NCBI GenBank assembly: GCA_964016885.1 | Contig: OZ024758.1 | Location: 7,750,001 to 7,814,000, forward strand | Origin: Eledone cirrhosa | Lineage: Eukaryota | DNA length: 64,000 nt | Direction of reading: 5' to 3' | Part shown: positions 56,660 to 64,000 of the stretch, piece after piece | Layout: each line of letters opens with the position of its first letter | How positions within the stretch are numbered: the stretch's first letter is position 1 | Translations under genes and position numbers: made by a program | The notes under the pieces: generated by a model | What the model was told of the DNA's origin: nothing | What the model saw: only the letters and a program-made list of their open reading frames with translations | Databases searched by the model: none

Positions 56660-58625
56660 CCTTCATCGTCGTTTTGACATCCATTTTTTCCACTCTTGCA
56701 TGAGTTACATAGATCCTTTTCAGCACAGCATCTCTCCATTCACCACGTTCCTTTGTCATCTCCTCTGAGTCTCAACTATTTGAGATCAGTTCTCACCACC
56801 TCTGCTCAGATCTTCTTTAGTCTACTCTACTGTGGTTTCCTTCCACTGGGATCTGCTGGTAACTCTTCCCTCAGCAACTATCATCCATACACATCACATG
56901 TCCATACCAATGCAGTCTTCTCTCTTGCACACTACTTCGGAGTCCTCTTAAACCCATTTTCTCCTTCAGTTCATCCATTTGCATTATACATCTCTATTTC
57001 ACAGTACATTTTACACCTCTTTTATCCAGTTTTTTCCTCGGCTCATTTCTGCTTCATCATTCACGCATGTTCACATTGCACATCCAGGGGAGCATCCTCA
57101 CTTCACTTCAGTGTAGTCTTCATAAATCCTCTGCATTCAAGGCCTACCTTGCTACCATGCATGACAACAGCTTCTACACAAGCATCATACAATTTGCTTT
57201 TCACTCTGAGAAATGTGCCCTATATTACTAGCAGCAATTTTTCCAACCTGGTCTTATTATAACACTCATATCAACAGCTCATTAGGTTATCTAGGTAATG
57301 AATGTGGTTGATTACTTCTAGGGAGTGGCCTTAGCATTTGAGAAAATCTATTTCACAAGTGTTTCTAGTTCTTACTAATCTTGTATAACTATCATATATA
57401 AAGTCTACCTTCTCCATTAGCCTGCTTGTGCATCCATAGTTTACACTGGGTGGACTGTATAGAATTTCTGTATTTGAAGCAAGGTCATCTTGATGCTATC
57501 AAGGTCTTGTCTTCTTTATTAAGTGTACTTTCAAGCTTTTTAGTTAAAGGTTTTGCTTTGACGTTTAAAATTTTGCTTCTAAGAATTCTACAGATTTGAC
57601 TATGCAAATTAGGTCGTCATCATATGGGAGGAGTTCCACTGGACTGTAAGTTTTAAACTCCTCTGTTATGGCCTGGAGGACTGTGATACACAGCAACAGA
57701 CTGAAGGTTTAGCCCCAGTGGATTCCTACCTGCACACTTAATTCATTGCTAAACTCATTGCAAAATTTCACCTTCCTGATTGTACCTTTGCACTTGGCTT
57801 GTATGGCTATTACAGACCATTCATTTACTCCTAATTTCCTTGGTAACTACTAGACTGAGTGACTCTGGCAAAGGCTTTCTCTCTAGGTCGATGTATGTTA
57901 GATGCAGAAGTTTACTCATAGCTAAGTTTCTTCACAAGTTAAAAGACATTAATAGTACCTCTTATTGACCCAAAGATAACTATATTGCATCTAGGTTAAT
58001 TCTGTTCCTAATTAGCAACTTTAATGACCTGGTCCATCTACATGAAGCTTCTATAGTTACCTCTCTCTCTCTAATGCATCTCCTTTGCCCTTGTAGCAGT
58101 TCACCATGATATTACTATGCTAGTCATTGGGTATGACACCATTCTTTACTGCCTCATTAATTGTGCAACTGACTTGCATGTAATCTAACATAGATATTTT
58201 TAGCATCTTGGCAACTTTACCTGATGATCAAGCCATCTTCCCTACCTCCATATCCTTCAACGTGTTATCTACCATACTGCTGTCAACTTTGATGATTGGT
58301 CCTTCTGTTAGGTCTGCTTGAGATAAGCATTCTTTCTTATGCATTTTCCTCATCCAACACTCTCTCCTAACACTTCCATGCTTCTTTCTTTTAGCATCAG
58401 TAAGGGCAGTTGTGAAGCTATCATTCCAGACACACTTTCTCCCAACATTTGAGTTTTCTCTTGTATACAGGCTTGTAATCCAGAATACTTCACACCTTTC
58501 ATCCTCATTATACAGAACATATGTGAACTTACTTTTTGCTTCTTCTTCAGCTAAGTAAACCTAATACCTAGCTTCTGTTCCAGCAATTAAACATTGCTCT
58601 CTGCCACCTCCATTTTTCCAGTTGC
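56660..58625 (-). pseudogene. Decayed RTE-clade LINE (~2 kb)
   Basis: Minus-strand remnants RGNYRSFM*MDQVIK, WNSSHMMTT/YDDDL-like region and VQERRLHWYGHVM. Confidence 0.7.
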
Positions 58626-58732
58626 TCCTTGAAGAGCAACTCTATCTAGATTTTATCTGCTCTGTTCTCATGCATCTTTCAGGCCTACAGATGCACTGCA
58701 CTTGCTGCATGAGAACAGAGCCAATATAATCT

Positions 58733-59090
58733 GGATATTCTGTGGTACCAACATAACTTTACAGAGAAAGGATGGTGTGGGAGGTTGGAGGGTGGTGTGG
58801 GGTTAGGTGTTTATTGGGTTAAGAGATGACTACTGACTAGGTTTAAGTTTGTATGCAAGCGAAGGCGGGTCTTCTGTATTACTTCATAGTGCCAAAGATC
58901 TCGATCCAGTGACATTGTCTTAGAGAGGTGTAAGTGTGCAAGGTCAGATTTTATCATCTCTTCGAGGTTTTTCTGGGTCTACCTACTCCGGAGCTTCCAT
59001 CCATTTTGATCGCACTGCATTTTTTTATACAACTCTTGTCCTTCATATGCATCACGTGACCATACCAATGTAATATTATTTCTATGGAGT
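58733..59090 (-). mobile_element. RTE-like LINE 3' fragment; homologous segment at 9905-10115
   Basis: WYGHVMHMKDKSCIKKC..GRPRKT on the minus strand; shared ccaaagatctcg.tccagtgacattgtctt block. Confidence 0.65.
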
Positions 59091-60057
59091 CTTCCTGAGA
59101 TGTTAACTAATTTATTTCACTGGGACTCTCACTAATGGCTAGTCTTGAAATTTTCATGAGTGGAGAATATATTTATGAAGTTTTAGTATTTAATTTGGTG
59201 TTCATAATCACCGTCAACTATGGTCATGAATCTTGAGTAATAGTAATAACTGGAAGAATATGATCACGAATACAAGAGGCCAAAATATGATTCCTCTGAA
59301 GGGTCTTTGGTGTAACATTACTCAGAGATCTCAGTCACTCCAGGTAGAGCCGCTACCTCTTCAAATTGAGAGGTTACAGCTCTGATATTACAGACATGTG
59401 GTTAGAATGTCTCAGGAAAAAATTGCTGGACAGATTTTATGGGCAAAACCAGCCAGCACTTTCTCAAATTTTTTGTTTATTTCTGGCTACTTATATGCTG
59501 GGAGTAATTTGGTTTGCTTGTTTGTTTGTTTTTAGCAGACATGAGCACCATCTCCTGAATGTAAGAGATGTTTATTTATAAAGTACACATCGAATGAAAT
59601 GAATGCCTTAAAAAACTTGGAAACCATTCGGAATTACCTCCATCTATTGCTCTTCATTCACTTAACTAAAAATCAAATAATTGTCTGGCCAGTCTGCTGA
59701 TATGCAAATCTGGCTGATCAGTGGATCTGCTAATATGCAGATCTGACTGATCAGCCAGTCTGCTAATATGCAAATCAGGCCGATCAGTCACTGTATTTTT
59801 GAAAATAGCATATATTTTCACAGTTTGGCAGGTGAACAGTGAGCTGTACTGATGAAGGGTGATACCCAGAAACATTAGTGTCTGCAGTTCTGTTCTCATG
59901 CCAACACAAGAGCAAGAATGAAGTGTTCATTCTACTGACATGGCTATAAAATTGAGGCTTGTTTGCAAAATTACAAACGGATGAAATGTTATTATTAATA
60001 TTCGAAAAACTCAGATTACATTTATTGTATTCAGCCATGTAGAGTGAAATTTTCTTT

Positions 60058-60092
<35 letters not shown>

Positions 60093-60097
<5 letters not shown>

Positions 60098-60271
60098 GTT
60101 TCTACTTTTGGCACAAGGCCAGCAATTATCCAGTGCATTACTGGTACTTTATTTTATCGACCCCGTAAGGATGAAAGGCAAAGTTAACCTCGGCGGGATT
60201 TGAACTCAGATCGCAAAGGGACGTAACTATGCTGGAAAGCATGGTGTCCGACCCTCTACTGATACTGCCAA
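60093..60271 (-). mobile_element. tRNA-derived SINE with a Meta-domain-like centre
   Basis: Reverse strand reads gagttcaaatcccgccgaggttaactttgcctttcatccttacggggtcgataaaataaagtaccag. Copies at 36590-36785, 42265-42450, 48650-48745, 49530-49800 (inverted pair) and 52045-52142. Confidence 0.75.
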
Positions 60272-63200
60272 TCGACCATATATATATAATAAACCTCATT
60301 TGGTCATACGCTGACCAAATGAGGTTTATTTTTCAACATAGTCCCTGGAAAGAAACAATACAGTTGTTAATAAGAAGAGTTGAAATTAATGCATGCAAGA
60401 TTTCACAGCTCTATCATCAATTCTTCATAGTCAGCTTTATGAACTTTTCAGCCTATATATATATATATATATGCATATATAATGTAAAATTTCCAAAGGA
60501 TCAGTCATTACATTAACCAGTAAAAGACATTCTGGAACCAACTGTGGAGATGTTTTTCTTCTCTTATGTAAAAACTTCATAATCTTAAAGGCATCTTTAC
60601 TTCGGCTTTTATGTCTTTTATGTGAAATACACATATTATTCGACGGAAACTTTAAGAGAATCAAGAAAAAGGCTTATTCCAAAGACTTGCAAGTAGAAAT
60701 ATTACAAAGTGTAGTTGGTTTGTTTTTTTAAGTTGTTACTTCCATTTTTATGAAAAATAGGATTATATAAGAAACATGTTATAATGATGTTTTGTATTTT
60801 TATTATTATTGAAAACTTGAAAGCACCATATGCCAGTAAGCATTCTTATGTTTTATTTACTCAGGAAATCTTTCTATATTTCAAATTTTTTACGATGGAA
60901 TAAAGTGAGGAAAAAAACCTAGTATAAATCACTCTTGATAAAACTGAAGGAATTAGAAAACTAACCCCCAAAATACTTAACCACTACAATGTTAGACTAT
61001 TTTGTTTGCTAAACTGCAAACTATAGTAAATGGACAACATAAGACTGATATATGATGAATGTGTAACAATATATCTAAAATATAACTTTGAAGCATGTAA
61101 AGTGCAAATGATAGACATAAATCTTGTGTTTACATTCTAACCACAGAATGCTTGTAAACAGTTTTACTTTACTATGGAAAGTGAAGAAAAGCAACAGGCT
61201 TCTGCAGAGAATATACATTTTTACTAAAATTAAATAATACTAAATAAGCCATCTACTATGTTGGTGTTTATTAATTACCCCTTTAGTTACCAATTTGACC
61301 AAAACCAGCTCTGGTTCTATGAAATAAAACCACCAATTTTAAAAGCTTCTAATTTAAAATAAAATCTTCCAACATAATTTTATATAAGAACTTTACATTA
61401 AGTTACTATCTTACTGATGAAATAATTAATAATTTTATTAAATCCCTCAAAATTCTTCATTGATTAATTAAAATAGACTATATTTCATTAGAAATGTGGT
61501 GATGAAAAAGTTAAACAAATTTTTTGTTTTTATTTTTCAAACACTAAAAACAAATGTATTGGTTTTACATAAAACCATTGAAGTTATATATTTTATTGTA
61601 GACAAGTGATATTTCTAATGAAGAATGTTGTTTGAAACATTCTAATTTATATGTTATAATTCTCCCCAAGGTACATAAATGGATATTTTGACACTTAAAG
61701 TTGCTTATATTGCTTAATATAGTATTTTACTGGCTGTGACAAAATAGGAGCATTAACTCCATAAATGGTAAAATGTTATTCAATAAATCACTATACTGAA
61801 TTATAATGACATTTGGTATTTACTTTCACATGTGAAGGCATGTAGCCTAGTGGTTAGGGTATTGAATTCATGAGGTCATGGTTTTAATTCCCAGGCTGAA
61901 CAATATGTTGAGTTGTTCAGCAATGCACTTCATTTCTTGTTGCTTTTCATATGACTGGGGCCCCCCCATCACCTGAGAAATTTCCTATGAGATACAGCTT
62001 TGAAAGAGGACAGATAAACATCCATAAGATTATTCTATGATTTTAGAATTTGTTTTTTGCTAACAGTGTTATATGTCCCTCTCTGAATCTGTGTGTGTGT
62101 GTAAAGTTGGTGACAGTTCTTTGATATAAACAGAACTGATTGTTAATTGTAGAGACACTTACACATAGTATTGTTAAAGTTTAGTCAAGAAACCTAATAC
62201 TCTTTATTCTGGCCTTAAAAACATTGGATTAAGTTGTAATATTTAGTAATGTCAAGGACAGCAACTAACTCATAATTTTACAATAACAATGGTGTAGTAG
62301 TTGAGTGTATGTGTGTGTGACGTCGTAACGAGTATTCTCCACCTACAACTACCTTATCCTCCACCTGTTGGCCCAACAGGATGGAGAATATATGGCCCTG
62401 GAGGACGGCACTTATTAGGACGTCACACACTCTCAACCACACTGTTTATTTACTTATGAAAGGTTCTTACATGAAATTATATAGAACCATGAGCTCAGTT
62501 CTTTATATATCTATAACAAATCTCACTCTAGTGGCCTGTTGACCGTTTTACGCTAGCATGGGTTAGACGGGTTGTCCTGTTGTGGGCAAACTATTAAGGT
62601 CATTAATATTTATTAAGCACTATTCCAAAGATTCACCCCAACTTCTTTCCATAACATGTAACTGGTAAATTATAACACACATAACCCTATCAGTGAAGCC
62701 CATTAGTATAGGTAAACTAACAGAAAATTGTATTACGGTTACTAAAAAAATTCTAAATAAGTCTACAAGATAAAATTAAAAAATGGTCAAAGCGAGCCAC
62801 TCTCACTGTGGCCTGTGCGCTGCCTGTTGCACGTCCATGGTTTAGATTGTCTAAAATAAACAAAGATTTTTTAAGTCATCCATGTAAACATAGAAAAATG
62901 GACGTAAAAACAATAACATTTATTTAAAACCATCTTACATTATTATTGGCTTGCACTTTATCAGATTGAAACCAAAAGATATACATTCAATGGATTTTAA
63001 TCAATTTTATTAATGGCAAATACTTTCTTAGTGTATTTAATCCTTTAGTTACCATTCCGACCAAAACTGACTCTGGTTCTGTGAAACAAAACCTCCAATT
63101 TTAAAGGTTTCCAATGTAAATAAAAATCTTCCAACATAATTACAGAGGAGTAATCTGATGCAGAAAGAAATTCACAAGAACCGAGATTGTGAAAGTTAGA

Positions 63201-63388
63201 ATTCGTAGCAACTTTGAAGGTTTTAAATACATGTTGTCCAATACTAGAAAGGGCAAGGTATGACACTTGCTAGTAGGGACAGAAGAGTGTAAATGATGAT
63301 GATGATGATGACGAAATTGTTGTTTTTCCACAAATTGTCTATTATCATTTAGAAAATTTTTGATTTTACGGGCAAAACCAGCCTGCAG

Positions 63389-63530
63389 GAAACCCAGGAG
63401 TAGACCCTGAGCAAGATGGTTGGATAACATCTATAGGAAACCCAGGAGTAGACCCTGAGCAAGATGGTTGGATAACATCTATAGGAAACCCAGGAGTAGA
63501 CCCTGAGCAAGATGGTTGGATAACATCTAT
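63389..63530. repeat. 48-bp tandem repeat, 3 copies
   Basis: gaaacccaggagtagaccctgagcaagatggttggataacatctatag. Confidence 0.9.
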
Positions 63531-64000
63531 GAGCTTGGCTTGTCTTTGCTTGAACATCTAACTGAATCAGTTGGAGACGGTGGCTTCTGACAGGACCTGT
63601 TGGCAGGAGTGTTTGAGGACTCTGCCACCCACGACCCTCTCAGGAATAAGTGGGTGAATAAAAAGAGTTAAAATTCTACAAGAAACTTTGCCTTAGATTT
63701 GCAACCAGCAGCTAAATATAGCCATTGATAATTTTCTTGTCTTTTACAAACAATTTTGTGTTCTCTCTTTCTCTCTCTCCCTCACACACACACACACACA
63801 CATGTAAATGGAATGACTTCAATTTTTAAAGAAAAGAAATTATTCTTATAATAGAGTTATATCTCTTGTCTTCATGTCATTGACACCTGCCATTATGAAA
63901 AATTGATGAAGAGCTGTGCATTGAAGCCAAATGCAGTATGTATCTTAATAAAATTTTAATTTCCTGTACTTTTTTTTTCACTTTTTATAATATATATAGT

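Noticed and set aside
59536-59560. Possible small second exon of the plus-strand gene
   Set aside because: Plausible acceptor but weak donor and no recognisable peptide.
63155-63258. ctgatgc...gaaag as a hammerhead, or a plus-strand exon ending at aag|gtatga
   Set aside because: Core is not CUGANGA and stem I is absent; the acceptor lacks a polypyrimidine tract and the peptide is unrecognised.

Overview
AT-rich, microsatellite- and retroposon-dense animal genomic DNA; the SINE repertoire suggests a coleoid cephalopod, probably Octopus (inference). Only one protein-coding exon is well supported: the first coding exon of a heparan sulfate 2-O-sulfotransferase (HS2ST1-like) gene on the minus strand (52230-52365). 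I found no second exon, so most or all of 1-52229 is probably its first intron. A candidate first exon of a divergent plus-strand gene starts at 53937. Nearly all other ORFs in the track are artefacts of (TA)n/(TG)n/(GA)n repeats, minisatellites or decayed retroposons. The window also holds tRNA-derived SINEs, RTE-clade LINE fragments, mariner/pogo/piggyBac/hAT-type MITEs and several minisatellites. The most striking signal is a cluster, mainly at 33-51 kb, of at least six sequence-distinct families of short non-coding elements carrying type I hammerhead ribozyme folds (CUGANGA...GAAA...UH, stems checked by eye). They sit beside (TA)n tracts, are often folded back into long palindromes, and share a downstream TTGAGYRC motif. 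This fits non-autonomous Penelope-like or retrozyme-type elements. All alignments and folds were done by eye; no database search was run.
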